From a virus (lineage: Duplodnaviria; Caudoviricetes), in the IMG/VR virus record IMGVR_UViG_3300031746_000121, positions 1 through 29,211 of that record: 29,211 nt of DNA. The stretch is one strand, 5' to 3'. The notes beneath the pieces are model-generated. The model saw nothing but the letters and a program-made list of their open reading frames with translations. It was not told the origin of the DNA and ran no database searches. Position 1 is the stretch's first letter, and each line of letters opens with the position of its first letter. Both the position numbers and the translations under genes were made by a program. Positions 1-8,966 of the stretch are shown one piece after another.

Positions 1-2067
1 CGCGCCGTCATCTTCTTCAACGCTGCCGTCACCCGCATCTTTGTCGCCGCTTGTTAAAGGGGTGTTGGCTACTGATCCACCTGACCCCGTGACTGGTAAC
101 GCTTGAGCGTTTGTGATTCCCGTTTCATATTTAAAGGAGTCAACAATTTCTGTGACTTTTGCCCCGATTTCAGCCTTTAGGTCTTTGACCACCTGCGTGT
201 TGCCAATCGCTGTGGCGACCGAACCAATAGCTGAGTTCACCGCACCCATGATCACGGCAGTACCAACATCGCCGCCGCGAGTAGCGGTTACGATTGCGGC
301 AGAAATTGAAGAGTTAACAGCCTTTTGAATTTCAGCGTTTGTGATACCTGCGTTTTCTAAAATGCCATTTGTGGTTGAGGGGATTACATTGGCAATCGTG
401 GCGCTGATCAAAGTATTAAACGCCGCTTGCATGGGGTCTTGACCACGCGCAGCCGCAGCGGTTGCGGCGATTGCTGTCTGTGTACCAATCTGCGCAACCG
501 CGCCACCGCCGAAGTATTGCGCCCCTGCAGCACCCGCACCCGCTGTCAATGCACCCGTTCCTGCAGCTTTCAAAACGTCAGAGAAGCTGCCGCCTGTTGC
601 TGCCGTGGTAGCGCCACTAATCGCTGCGTTCTTGAGCGCCACGCTTGATATTGCATTCCAGTCAAGTGCGCCTGTGCCACTCGCTAGTGTTCCGCCGACC
701 CCACCCGCTAATTCAGCAACGGTCATCCCTGCGTCAACCGCATACGCAGAAAATTCAGCTAACGAAATTCCAAGGTTGTACGCCGCCATTGCGGGGGCGA
801 TGTACGGCGCAAGCGCAAGGGGTGCTATTTTGAGCGCCGACCTGCCAAGTTCACGCCACTCAGCGCCGACATCGCGCTTGGACTCTTCGGCAAGGCGCAT
901 CTCCACGCCCGGCACTTTTAATTCATCTGCCGTATGCCAAGTGTAAAAGTCCGTACCTGTCAGACCCGTTGATGTGCCGAACCACGCAGCTAATTTGCCA
1001 GTCTTCGGGTCAAAATACTGAGTCGGAAGTCCTTCAAGCGCACCGCCACGCACCAACCCTTTTGCGTCAAACCCGCGCACGCCTTGCTCAAACTGCGTGT
1101 TTACGTCAGCGTTTGGATCAAGAAAAGGCATCTTCGCTTGCAAAAATTCAGGCGATACCGTCATCCCTTTAACTACGTCATCAAGGCTAGCCGCACCGCT
1201 CTGAATTTGGTTGTTGTAACTTGCGACCTCACTTGCGCTTGGCGTGCGACCAAGCAGGTTCTGATACAGGTCGGTGATCTCTTTGTTGTACCCAGTAATG
1301 TTTTTATCTAACTGCTTGGTGTCAATCGCCGCGCCCGTGTCAGCGTTCACATAGCTGATATTGCCCGACTCATCCCGAACCGTTTGAATGTTGGTGGGTG
1401 TGGCAAGATCACGCCGCTCACCTGTGTTGACATTCATCCAAAACGCAGGCGATGTACCGCCAAAATCATCATATGAGGGCGGTTGAAACTCCCATCCTGC
1501 GTTGGGGTTTGCGGCGGTCAACGGCGCTACAGTAGCGGCAGGGGCAGCAGGGGCAGCAGGGGCGGGTGACAGCCCCATTGATTGACCTTCCGCGCTAGAC
1601 GCAAGCGCAGCACGCATCTGTTCGCCAGTCATGCCTGCATTCAGCGCAGCGGTAAAACTTGCCATGCCGCTTGGGTCAGCTTGCCGCCCAAACGTCTGTT
1701 GATAAATATCGTTTACGGTTTGTTGCCACGAGTTTACTGCAGGCGCAAGCGGGGCGGGTGCAGGGGCAGACTCACCACCACCACCACCACCACCACCGTC
1801 ACCACCACCACCACCACCACCGTCACCACCACCACCACCACCACCGTCACCACCACCACCGCCACCACCGCCACCACCACCGCCACCGCCTGAGTCAGCG
1901 GCGGGTGCAGCTTCAGCCCATCCACCTGTACTTACATCACCTGAGTCAATGCCAACATTGCTGCCACCCATGTCACTGCCACCACACAACCGAAGACCTT
2001 GACCACCAATAGGCGTACCTCGCCCCTGAAAGGCGTTGATTGGCAGTAGGTCTAAGGTGTATTTCAT
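1..2067 (-). CDS. Large putative internal virion/DNA-ejection protein, partial (>=689 aa, runs off the left end); not in the ORF track
   Basis: ATG at 2067 overlaps the GNAT stop (ATGA). Reads MKYTLDLLPINAFQGRGTPIGGQGLRLCGGSDMGG..., then a poly-Gly tract, two DUF4214-like repeats and long Gly/Ala-rich hydrophobic segments. Segments translated by hand are open and 2067 is divisible by 3. Position after tail and GNAT genes is typical of ejection proteins. Confidence 0.8.
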   Translation of the reverse strand, partial: MKYTLDLLPINAFQGRGTPIGGQGLRLCGGSDMGGSNVGIDSGDVSTGGWAEAAPAADSGGGGGGGGGGGGGGDGGGGGGGDGGGGGGGDGGGGGGGGESAPAPAPLAPAVNSWQQTVNDIYQQTFGRQADPSGMASFTAALNAGMTGEQMRAALASSAEGQSMGLSPAPAAPAAPAATVAPLTAANPNAGWEFQPPSYDDFGGTSPAFWMNVNTGERRDLATPTNIQTVRDESGNISYVNADTGAAIDTKQLDKNITGYNKEITDLYQNLLGRTPSASEVASYNNQIQSGAASLDDVVKGMTVSPEFLQAKMPFLDPNADVNTQFEQGVRGFDAKGLVRGGALEGLPTQYFDPKTGKLAAWFGTSTGLTGTDFYTWHTADELKVPGVEMRLAEESKRDVGAEWRELGRSALKIAPLALAPYIAPAMAAYNLGISLAEFSAYAVDAGMTVAELAGGVGGTLASGTGALDWNAISSVALKNAAISGATTAATGGSFSDVLKAAGTGALTAGAGAAGAQYFGGGAVAQIGTQTAIAATAAAARGQDPMQAAFNTLISATIANVIPSTTNGILENAGITNAEIQKAVNSSISAAIVTATRGGDVGTAVIMGAVNSAIGSVATAIGNTQVVKDLKAEIGAKVTEIVDSFKYETGITNAQALPVTGSGGSVANTPLTSGDKDAGDGSVEEDDGA
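1774..1890. repeat. ACC/GGT trinucleotide repeat with 24-bp superperiod, encoding G14-D-G7-D-G7-D-G8 on the minus strand
   Basis: 39 codons read directly; (ACC)7GTC units repeated. Confidence 0.95.
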
Positions 2068-2510
2068 TGCGTAGCCTTAGTAAAATTCTTTTCGTAATTG
2101 ATGTAGCCAAGACCCTCAAGCAATGGCGTGTAGTCTTGGTAGGTCTTGCAACTAACCGTAATGCGCTTAACCCCACCCGCTTTCAATGCGCCTTCAGCGT
2201 TCTTAAACATTTTCTTGCCCCATCCGCGCCTACGGTATTCAGGCTTCAGGTAGTACCAATCTTCAAACGCCATCAGATAATTCTTGTGGCGAATGTGTGG
2301 ATGAACCCAAAAACCAATCCACCCGACTAATTCACCACCAACACGACAGGTGACAAAACAGTACATCTTCTGCCCTCTGCCGTACCGATCCCAATCAATA
2401 TCAAGCGTTGTGTCACTAAAAAAGTTCACTTCGGCGTGGTGATCAACCGTCAACGGCTTGAGTTCTTCAACCACATCAGCAATATGCTCAATCGCAAATT
2501 CAGGTGTCAT
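2064..2510 (-). CDS. GNAT-family N-acetyltransferase (148 aa; start moved to MTPEF)
   Basis: Acetyl-CoA-binding motif A 'YYLKPEYRRRGWGKKMFKNAE', preceding strand 'GELVGWIGF', C-terminal 'LLEGLGY'; ATGA overlap with the upstream gene. Confidence 0.85.
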   Translation of the reverse strand: MTPEFAIEHIADVVEELKPLTVDHHAEVNFFSDTTLDIDWDRYGRGQKMYCFVTCRVGGELVGWIGFWVHPHIRHKNYLMAFEDWYYLKPEYRRRGWGKKMFKNAEGALKAGGVKRITVSCKTYQDYTPLLEGLGYINYEKNFTKATQ

Positions 2511-2734
2511 ATGCTCATAATCCCGACTAGGTTCTCTGCCCATTCTTGCCACGTTTCAAACTGGTGGGTGCTAGGCACGCCTGAGTTCATAAAGTAGCCG
2601 ATCCCTGCCATTCCATCGCCCCACTCGCGCCATCGATCTTCAGGCAACGTACCAAGTTGCTGTGCCGCAAATAATTCAGCCATGAGCGAACACCAATTAT
2701 CCCAAAGCATCCCGCGAGGATCATACGTTGTCAC
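2507..2734 (-). CDS. Small Trp-rich hypothetical phage protein
   Basis: 75-aa ORF overlapping both neighbours by 4 nt. Confidence 0.7.
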   Translation of the reverse strand: MTTYDPRGMLWDNWCSLMAELFAAQQLGTLPEDRWREWGDGMAGIGYFMNSGVPSTHQFETWQEWAENLVGIMSI

Positions 2735-4503
2735 GGGTTACCATCGCCGCGAATGTCGCCTGCCTCGCAAGACAGCAAGATGTTGCCAGTCACATAGTTA
2801 CCATTCACCACGTTGCTTTCAAACCGCAAGCGCATCTCTCTACGCTGTTCGCGCATATCAATCTTTTCTGTGGTCGGGCTGAACACCTTGGCTTCGCTGA
2901 TAACGTCATCGCTGCGTGCGTAGCTTTTTCCGACCACATACAGGTTCATGTCGCCTTCTTGAACAAAGTCAGGTTCAACGCGCTCAAGGCGCATGGCGTT
3001 GGTTTTGCCTAAAATCTGCCCTTGCACGCCGGGGCCACCCGTCACCCACCCGATTGAGTTCGTTTCAAAGTAACTTTGGATTGCATTCTGCTGCGCCAAG
3101 TTCACCTCGTTCACACCAGTTTCATGCTGCCACAAGATGTAATTGTTTGATGAATTCGCTTCATTACCTGCCCATATAGGGAATCGGAACACCTCAGAGA
3201 ACGTACCCGCAGAGCGCCGTGCGCCTAGTGCGCCACCTGCGTCATACCAAACCTTGTCGCGCACGTTATAGATGACGGCATCGTTGCATTCAACCGAATC
3301 GCCGCTTGGGTAAAACCACCAAATTTCACCCCAACGAGGTACTTTCGACACCCACACTTTTTGGCGTTGGTTGTAGTTCAAGTTATCAAAAAAGTAGTTG
3401 ATGCTGTTGTTGTTTTGGAGTTCCGCGACCACGCCGTTGTACTGCAAGAATCGGTCAACGCCGCACCAATAAAAGATGCCGTCATATTCAATGACGCTTG
3501 ACGATGACAGGATTGATGACTGGCAACTGATCAGGTCGTACTTCCAATAAAGGGTTGACGCGCCGACCGTGGTAGGGGCGTAGCTAACCCGCACAAGCGA
3601 ATCAAGCGACCAAAACAACCCCGCAGGTGATGTCGTACCGCCGCGCACAGGCATACCCTTGACGATCTTTCCTGTAGCCACGTTGTTGGCGTTGGCATCC
3701 GCCGAAACCCAATTTTGGAAGTCACCCGCTGATGAATTCTGAATAAGTCCTTCATTGCCGTATACGAACAAGTAAGGGTAAATTAACACGCACCCGCCGC
3801 TCACGTTGATCTGATTATCAAACGTAAGGGTTTGCGTACCTGTCGTGCCTGTGTACGCACTTGAAAGCGTGACCACGGTGTTGGTGGATACAACAGAAGA
3901 AACGACCGTTGTACCTGCCGTAATGCCTGTTCCTGTAACCAATTGACCTGCTGACACCAAACCGTTGACACCCGTGATCGTACCCGTTGTCAATCCGTTA
4001 GTAAGAGCGACTGCGGCGGTGAACTGACCAACGGGTGACATTGAACCGCTCGGAAAGCTGCCATATAAAACGGGGGTGTTAACAGTTGAGTCGATGTTGG
4101 TAAGGTTTTGACCTGCGTGGGCGATGATGACATCTGTTCCGCTACCACTGCTGTTGAACCCGATGTCAAATTGCCAAAGGTTATTGCTGTTGGAGGTAAA
4201 ACCCGAAGTGAATGAAACCGTGTACGGGCCACTTCCCACGCCATCGTCATTGTCGGTTATCCAATACTGAAGTTGGTTATAAGTGCCGCTGTAAACGTAA
4301 TTAAAGCCGTTCTGCGCGTTCATAATCATGCCACGGCTGATCTGTGTGGCGTTTTGAAAGATTCCTCTGTAGCCGCCTATCTTGCGTGGGCGACCACGTT
4401 GGAATCGACACCATAAGCTGTCAACGTAGCAGACGGCATCAAACAACGTGCCATCGCGCTGAATGCCCGGTAATATCTTGAGCGCAATTACCTGCTTGCT
4501 CAA
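2731..4503 (-). CDS. Putative tail nozzle/DNA-stabilisation protein (P22 gp10 / T7 gp12-like position)
   Basis: 590 aa, beta-rich; 'PGIQRDGT..WCRFQRGRPRKIGG' and 'EIWWFYPS..ECNDAVIYN'; lies between the adaptor and the GNAT/ejection genes. Confidence 0.6.
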   Translation of the reverse strand: MSKQVIALKILPGIQRDGTLFDAVCYVDSLWCRFQRGRPRKIGGYRGIFQNATQISRGMIMNAQNGFNYVYSGTYNQLQYWITDNDDGVGSGPYTVSFTSGFTSNSNNLWQFDIGFNSSGSGTDVIIAHAGQNLTNIDSTVNTPVLYGSFPSGSMSPVGQFTAAVALTNGLTTGTITGVNGLVSAGQLVTGTGITAGTTVVSSVVSTNTVVTLSSAYTGTTGTQTLTFDNQINVSGGCVLIYPYLFVYGNEGLIQNSSAGDFQNWVSADANANNVATGKIVKGMPVRGGTTSPAGLFWSLDSLVRVSYAPTTVGASTLYWKYDLISCQSSILSSSSVIEYDGIFYWCGVDRFLQYNGVVAELQNNNSINYFFDNLNYNQRQKVWVSKVPRWGEIWWFYPSGDSVECNDAVIYNVRDKVWYDAGGALGARRSAGTFSEVFRFPIWAGNEANSSNNYILWQHETGVNEVNLAQQNAIQSYFETNSIGWVTGGPGVQGQILGKTNAMRLERVEPDFVQEGDMNLYVVGKSYARSDDVISEAKVFSPTTEKIDMREQRREMRLRFESNVVNGNYVTGNILLSCEAGDIRGDGNP

Positions 4504-5735
4504 AATGTTCCTCCTACAATCCCTGCCGCAACATAAAAAGATGTGTTGCTGAGAAGCATACTGTTTACGCCAGTCGAGGAAAAACCAATTACCCCGCTTG
4601 ACGGGTTGTACAAACCAGTTGAAGTGTTGCTTGCAAAGTTTACGGTGGGTGCGCCAACGCTACCGGGGTTCACCGATACTGATGTAATTGACGATGCTGC
4701 CGCAGAACCTGCGTTGAACACATTTGTGCCGTCACAGACAACCGTTAGGGTGGTGTTTTGTGCAAGAATTACGTTAGAGCCAAAACCCGAAGCGGTTTCA
4801 AACGTCAGACTGAAAGGGCCGGAAGTTGTGTTGTTTAGGTAATAAACCTGCACAGTTGACGGCAAAATAATGGTTTGATCACTAGTCAACACGCCGCTGT
4901 ACTGCTGCACCACGTTCGCGTACTCGACCGCGCTCAACGTGGTTGTGCCGCCAGTTACTACTTTAGATAGCTGCGTGTACTGAAACACGCTAGAACGACC
5001 GTAGGCGAACGTGAAGTAGCCGTTTACGCCGTTACTCACAATGACCATTGATTCGGTCAACTGAAGCTGTTTGTTAGCAACTCCATCAATCGTATCAGTA
5101 CCGATTGGGGTAATTGTTAAAACACCCGAACCACCATTGCGAATATTTACGAACCAACCATTGCCAACAGCAGACGCTGCTGACAAGGTAATCGTTCCAA
5201 CGCCTGATGACCAGACCCAAAATTCAGCACGATTTGCTGCTGTTAAAAACGTGCTTGAGTTGATTGCACTTTCAGGATACGACTGATTAAGCGTAGTGCC
5301 TTGAGCAACTAAACCATCACCCGCCAAAGTTGCGGCGTTAGCTGACGAAGTGCCTGCGCCAAACGTAACGGTAGACCAAATGCCACCAAATGTGGTGTTG
5401 TCTGTTAAAAAAATGTACTCAGCAATACCCGATGGTATAGATACGATTGTGACCCCATAAGGGTCTTTTACTGTAAATGTATTTGATCCTATATTTTGAA
5501 TCAATATTGACTGACCGTTGCTAACCTGAAGAGCAATTGGTGTAAACAACGTCAAGTTGGCGTAAATGGCATTAACTTGGATGATGTTTGCCGCAGGTTC
5601 TTGGTAAGCCACTGCGTTACCGTTGCCGTTGATGGGCCACTCCAATACCGTGTCTTGCGCCATCGATATTTCTACATAACCAACCTGCGAGGGGCTTATT
5701 GTTTGCCCAGTAAATGGGTCTGTGTAACTAGGCAT
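4500..5735 (-). CDS. Virion tail/fibre-associated structural protein
   Basis: 411 aa, Thr/Ser/Gly-rich beta repeats ('ITLSAASAVGNGWFVNIRNGGSGVLTITPIGTDTIDG'); ends GGTF. Confidence 0.65.
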   Translation of the reverse strand: MPSYTDPFTGQTISPSQVGYVEISMAQDTVLEWPINGNGNAVAYQEPAANIIQVNAIYANLTLFTPIALQVSNGQSILIQNIGSNTFTVKDPYGVTIVSIPSGIAEYIFLTDNTTFGGIWSTVTFGAGTSSANAATLAGDGLVAQGTTLNQSYPESAINSSTFLTAANRAEFWVWSSGVGTITLSAASAVGNGWFVNIRNGGSGVLTITPIGTDTIDGVANKQLQLTESMVIVSNGVNGYFTFAYGRSSVFQYTQLSKVVTGGTTTLSAVEYANVVQQYSGVLTSDQTIILPSTVQVYYLNNTTSGPFSLTFETASGFGSNVILAQNTTLTVVCDGTNVFNAGSAAASSITSVSVNPGSVGAPTVNFASNTSTGLYNPSSGVIGFSSTGVNSMLLSNTSFYVAAGIVGGTF

Positions 5736-5743
5736 GATTATCC

Positions 5744-6373
5744 TTAACTGTCAACGGCGATTGCGGAACGGTCGCCAACACGGGTTGTGTCTTCGGCTTT
5801 TATAGACTGCAACGCTGCTTCATATTTCTGTTGAAAAATTACCCGATCATCATTTTTTAAAAAGATCACGGCTTGTAAGAGTGCGCCAAACAGCATCAGG
5901 TTTGGGGCATTGTTGGTAATCCAGTTTGTCTGATTGATGCTTGATAGGGGTATCAGACGCTCGTAATACAGCACCTCAAACGGGTACGCCACATCAGGGG
6001 CGGGTGCAACCAACCAGTGGTCGTAGTCGTAATCGCCGTAATACAAAGGAATACCTGTTGCGCCGTTGCCGTTATAAGCATTGAGGTACTCATACTTACG
6101 CAAGAAAACTTGGCTCTTTACGCCGTTGACCGTGACCGACATACTAGTGGTTTTGCGCCAACGTGCGGGTTTTGGTAGGACTGGATTATTGATTGACATT
6201 GTGCTTTGCACAACTTGCATCTGCCCAAGCGTCTTGATCTGTTGAGCGATCTCAAACTCAGCCATTGCAATAAATGTTGGAATTTGATCAACAACAGAAG
6301 CGTCATTGCGCTCAAGGTACTGCTCAATAGCAGTTACCAAACTGTCATACGTCAGTGCGAATGCCACAGTCAT
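5744..6373 (-). CDS. Putative head-tail adaptor/tail tubular protein (209 aa; start moved to MTVAF)
   Basis: 'TYDSLVTAIEQYLER..QIPTFIAMAE', 'APAPDVAY..EVLYY', 'TNWITNNAPNLMLFGAL' resemble podovirus adaptor proteins. Confidence 0.6.
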   Translation of the reverse strand: MTVAFALTYDSLVTAIEQYLERNDASVVDQIPTFIAMAEFEIAQQIKTLGQMQVVQSTMSINNPVLPKPARWRKTTSMSVTVNGVKSQVFLRKYEYLNAYNGNGATGIPLYYGDYDYDHWLVAPAPDVAYPFEVLYYERLIPLSSINQTNWITNNAPNLMLFGALLQAVIFLKNDDRVIFQQKYEAALQSIKAEDTTRVGDRSAIAVDS

Positions 6374-6442
6374 AACGCTTTTCCTATAGAATTGAGTCGT
6401 GCTTTTTGGCAAAGCGCATGATTTGACATTTTAACTCTTTAT

Positions 6443-6871
6443 TTAACTATTAAATAGTTCAAAGTGTGGGCTGTCAGACTCGCCACGTTCATGGATGACC
6501 GCATCCATATCCCAGTTGCCGCCCCAACGAAGCGTCACGCCTAGTTCTTCAGCCGCCCAAAACATGGTGGTGGCTAATTGGTCAAAGCGCTTGAAGTCGT
6601 TCCAATCAATCGGGTAAGGCGCAAGGTCAACGGCGTGACCGAAACCATCCGCTTGGATGCCGTGCGTGCCGTTAGTCTGCACCCAAGTCACCACTTGACC
6701 GGGCTTTGTTCTCCCTTGCGCCCACAATTCATCTTGCCGCGCCTGTGAGCGCACGCCCTCTAACACGGTAAAGTCAATCAGGCTTAACGCAAGCGCACGG
6801 TGGACAACGGCAACTAGTTTAGGGTGTACGCCTTTCAAGTTATTCAAAGACCGCTCTGAGAATGTGAACAT
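6443..6871 (-). CDS. Endolysin, peptidase M15 family (L-Ala-D-Glu peptidase-like)
   Basis: 'EGVRSQARQDELWAQGR', 'HG...GHAVD', 'WGGNW', 'DSPHFEL' supply Zn-ligand His/Asp/His. Confidence 0.88.
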   Translation of the reverse strand: MFTFSERSLNNLKGVHPKLVAVVHRALALSLIDFTVLEGVRSQARQDELWAQGRTKPGQVVTWVQTNGTHGIQADGFGHAVDLAPYPIDWNDFKRFDQLATTMFWAAEELGVTLRWGGNWDMDAVIHERGESDSPHFELFNS

Positions 6872-7293
6872 TATTTAATACTCCGTACCCAATTTTGTAA
6901 TTCGGTCAACATCAAGGTCGTTTCAGCGCATTGTCGAGTAAATTCTGTGTTGGCGGGGGCTGCATTAGGGCATTGGGTGGGCTTGGAAACGGTGGGCAAA
7001 CCACCGCTGTTGGTACTGGTGTCGCGCACCCTGTCAGCGTAATAATTATGCACAGCACTAAGGCGAGCCTCATATTGATTTGCGATTGAAGTTGATACAT
7101 TTTCATGCTCTTTCACCTTTGCTTGATTGATGACTTCTTGTGCCTTACCTAAAGCGGCGACCTCTGCTTGATATGCAACAAACTTTTCATGTTCGCCTGA
7201 GTAACCTTTGTAATACGCAAATGCAATTGCAACTAAAAAAACACCAACAATTGAACCAATTTTAATTAGCAACGGGCTAGTGATTGGGAACAT
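6871..7293 (-). CDS. Rz-like inner-membrane spanin (140 aa; start moved to MFPIT)
   Basis: N-terminal transmembrane segment (IGSIVGVFLVAIAFAYY), coiled coil, two C-terminal Cys and 'LQNWVR'; contains an embedded lipoprotein gene. Confidence 0.8.
   Translation of the reverse strand: MFPITSPLLIKIGSIVGVFLVAIAFAYYKGYSGEHEKFVAYQAEVAALGKAQEVINQAKVKEHENVSTSIANQYEARLSAVHNYYADRVRDTSTNSGGLPTVSKPTQCPNAAPANTEFTRQCAETTLMLTELQNWVRSIK
6912..7073 (-). CDS. Rz1-like outer-membrane spanin lipoprotein embedded in Rz in another frame (53 aa)
   Basis: Signal peptide MRLALVLCIIITLTG-C with lipobox LTGC, followed by a Pro-rich mature part (CPPFPSPPNALMQPPP). Confidence 0.85.
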   Translation of the reverse strand: MRLALVLCIIITLTGCATPVPTAVVCPPFPSPPNALMQPPPTQNLLDNALKRP

Positions 7294-7504
7294 TTGGTTC
7301 TGCCTCTTTTTTGGCCCACACGCTTGCACCACCCGCGCCTGAAATGATTCCAAGTGACTCAGCAAGTTCTCTGAGGCTCACCGCGCCGTAAGCAAACACT
7401 TGATAGCCTGCCACGCCAAGCACCGCTAAAATACTCACAAACCACGCCACACGCGCAATGTCGTAAGTCGCATTATCTTTGCCAGTTAACAGTTGCTTGA
7501 TCAT
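7277..7504 (-). CDS. Putative holin
   Basis: 75 aa with two hydrophobic segments and a charged C-terminus, inside the lysis cassette. Confidence 0.6.
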   Translation of the reverse strand: MIKQLLTGKDNATYDIARVAWFVSILAVLGVAGYQVFAYGAVSLRELAESLGIISGAGGASVWAKKEAEPNVPNH

Positions 7505-7734
7505 TTATCAACCTTTTTATCTAGCTTGTCGAATATCTTCTCAAGCATGGTTTCAATTTTGCTGTACTGCGATTCCATTTCAGTTTTCTTGACGCAATTC
7601 TCAGCAACATGAAGTCGTAGTTCGGTAATGTCTGTCTTTAATTCCTTGACTGAATCCCACAGTTGACGGCAGAACCATCCCCCGACTGGTAAAGCTACAC
7701 CCAATACTAGGTTGAATAGGTTCTGCCAATCCAT
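7501..7734 (-). CDS. Small membrane protein with coiled coil (holin/antiholin-like)
   Basis: N-terminal transmembrane segment then 'KIETMLEKIFDKLDKKVDK'; first gene of the lysis cassette. Confidence 0.6.
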   Translation of the reverse strand: MDWQNLFNLVLGVALPVGGWFCRQLWDSVKELKTDITELRLHVAENCVKKTEMESQYSKIETMLEKIFDKLDKKVDK

Positions 7735-7739
7735 GATGA

Positions 7740-7901
7740 TTACGCCTCTTGTGCAACTTCAGGTGAATCAACTACTGCTTTTGCTGCAACATCAGCTTGC
7801 GCTTCAGCTTGTACTTTGGTGATGAAGTCAGCGACCTCAACATATGGGCGACTGCCAAGGTATTGCAAAATTGCGTTCATCAGTTCAAGAGAAATGTTCA
7901 T
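7740..7901 (-). CDS. Hypothetical protein, 53 aa (MNISLELMNAILQYLGSRPYVEVADFITKVQAEAQ...); not in the ORF track
   Basis: AAGGA ribosome-binding site upstream, ATG at 7901, TAA at 7740; fills the gap between genes. Confidence 0.75.
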   Translation of the reverse strand: MNISLELMNAILQYLGSRPYVEVADFITKVQAEAQADVAAKAVVDSPEVAQEA

Positions 7902-7953
7902 TCAAAGTCCTTTAAACGGTTCAGGGAATTCAATTTTATAACAACCTTTGCAG

Positions 7954-8634
7954 CTACTTGCTGCTGTACTTCACAAACTCAAGTTCTTTCTTAAGTTCAG
8001 CAATCGCGCTAAATGCCAACGCAATCATTTTTTCGTAATCAACCGCTAAATCACCTTCAGGGCGGGTACGAACAGCAAGCGGAAACGCCGCCTGAACGTC
8101 TTGCGCGATGAACCCAAAGTCAGCTTTGCGCACAAAGTAACCGTCTTCGCCGCCGTGATCTTGGATGTAATCCTCTGTCCAGTCAAACGTCTTGCCACCG
8201 ATTGCTGCGACCGTTGCAAGCGCATCTTTGATAGGCTGCACGTTCTCTTTGTGCTTAATGTCGGATACATAAAAGGCGGTGACGCTGCCTGTGGCGCGAA
8301 TCTCACCTACAACACCTGACGCTGCTGTACCAATACCAAGCGACCCAAAGCGAACGTCAGAGGTTGTGGCAATGCTTTGCGGTAAGGATAGGGTGTAGGT
8401 GTACGGGCCAGCCCCCGCTTGCGTGGCGATGACTTGGTTGGCTGTTCCAGTAATGCCGATAACTGTGCTTTTCTGCGCAATGGTTTGTAGTGCGCCCAAG
8501 CCATCTTTGTAAAATAGTTTTCCATCAGTAATGTTGATGGCTAACTCACCGTATGCAAGATTAGTAGTGCTAGGAACTGCTGCTACTGTTGCAGTGTAGT
8601 AAAGACTGATTGTATTAAATCCGACTGCAGCCAT
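7954..8634 (-). CDS. Short tail fibre with C-terminal intramolecular chaperone autoprocessing (peptidase S74) domain (226 aa; start moved to MAAVG)
   Basis: 'SDIKHKENVQPI...GFIAQDV...LAVDYEKMIALAFSAIAEL' matches the S74 signature; N-terminal 'GELAINITDGKLFYKDG' module. Confidence 0.85.
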   Translation of the reverse strand: MAAVGFNTISLYYTATVAAVPSTTNLAYGELAINITDGKLFYKDGLGALQTIAQKSTVIGITGTANQVIATQAGAGPYTYTLSLPQSIATTSDVRFGSLGIGTAASGVVGEIRATGSVTAFYVSDIKHKENVQPIKDALATVAAIGGKTFDWTEDYIQDHGGEDGYFVRKADFGFIAQDVQAAFPLAVRTRPEGDLAVDYEKMIALAFSAIAELKKELEFVKYSSK

Positions 8635-8636
8635 GA

Positions 8637-8963
8637 TTATTCTTCCGTGATTGGGGTTGCCCACGGCAAAGGCGCGGGTTGTGCTACTGATGTTTTTTGC
8701 CCATCAATTGATGCCTGTACTTGCTCTTCCACCGATACTACGCCCGACACCCCTAAAGTGTCCTGCACCCAACCAATAGCTTGTGTTTCGGTGATTTCTG
8801 CATATGGGGTGTAATTGTTCGGGTCGGCAACTGCGATATTGATGAAGTTGGTCACAACACCGACCAAACCATCTTGGGTATCTGTGACCGAATATTTGAC
8901 TCGCGTAACCATGTCAGGGGCTACGTCATTTGTAACTAGCAGTTCATTTATCAACCATTGCAT
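8637..8963 (-). CDS. Small fibre-associated hypothetical protein
   Basis: 108 aa; 'YTPYAEITETQAIGWV' and C-terminal 'PLPW'; located among fibre genes. Confidence 0.65.
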   Translation of the reverse strand: MQWLINELLVTNDVAPDMVTRVKYSVTDTQDGLVGVVTNFINIAVADPNNYTPYAEITETQAIGWVQDTLGVSGVVSVEEQVQASIDGQKTSVAQPAPLPWATPITEE

Positions 8964-8966
8964 GAC

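Noticed and set aside
1582-2012. Poly-His, poly-Thr and poly-Val ORFs
   Set aside because: They are alternative readings of the GGT/ACC repeat; the coupled minus-strand poly-Gly frame has recognisable domains
6423-6453. Plus-strand promoter starting at TTGACA
   Set aside because: No good -10 at 16-18 nt spacing and no plus-strand gene downstream
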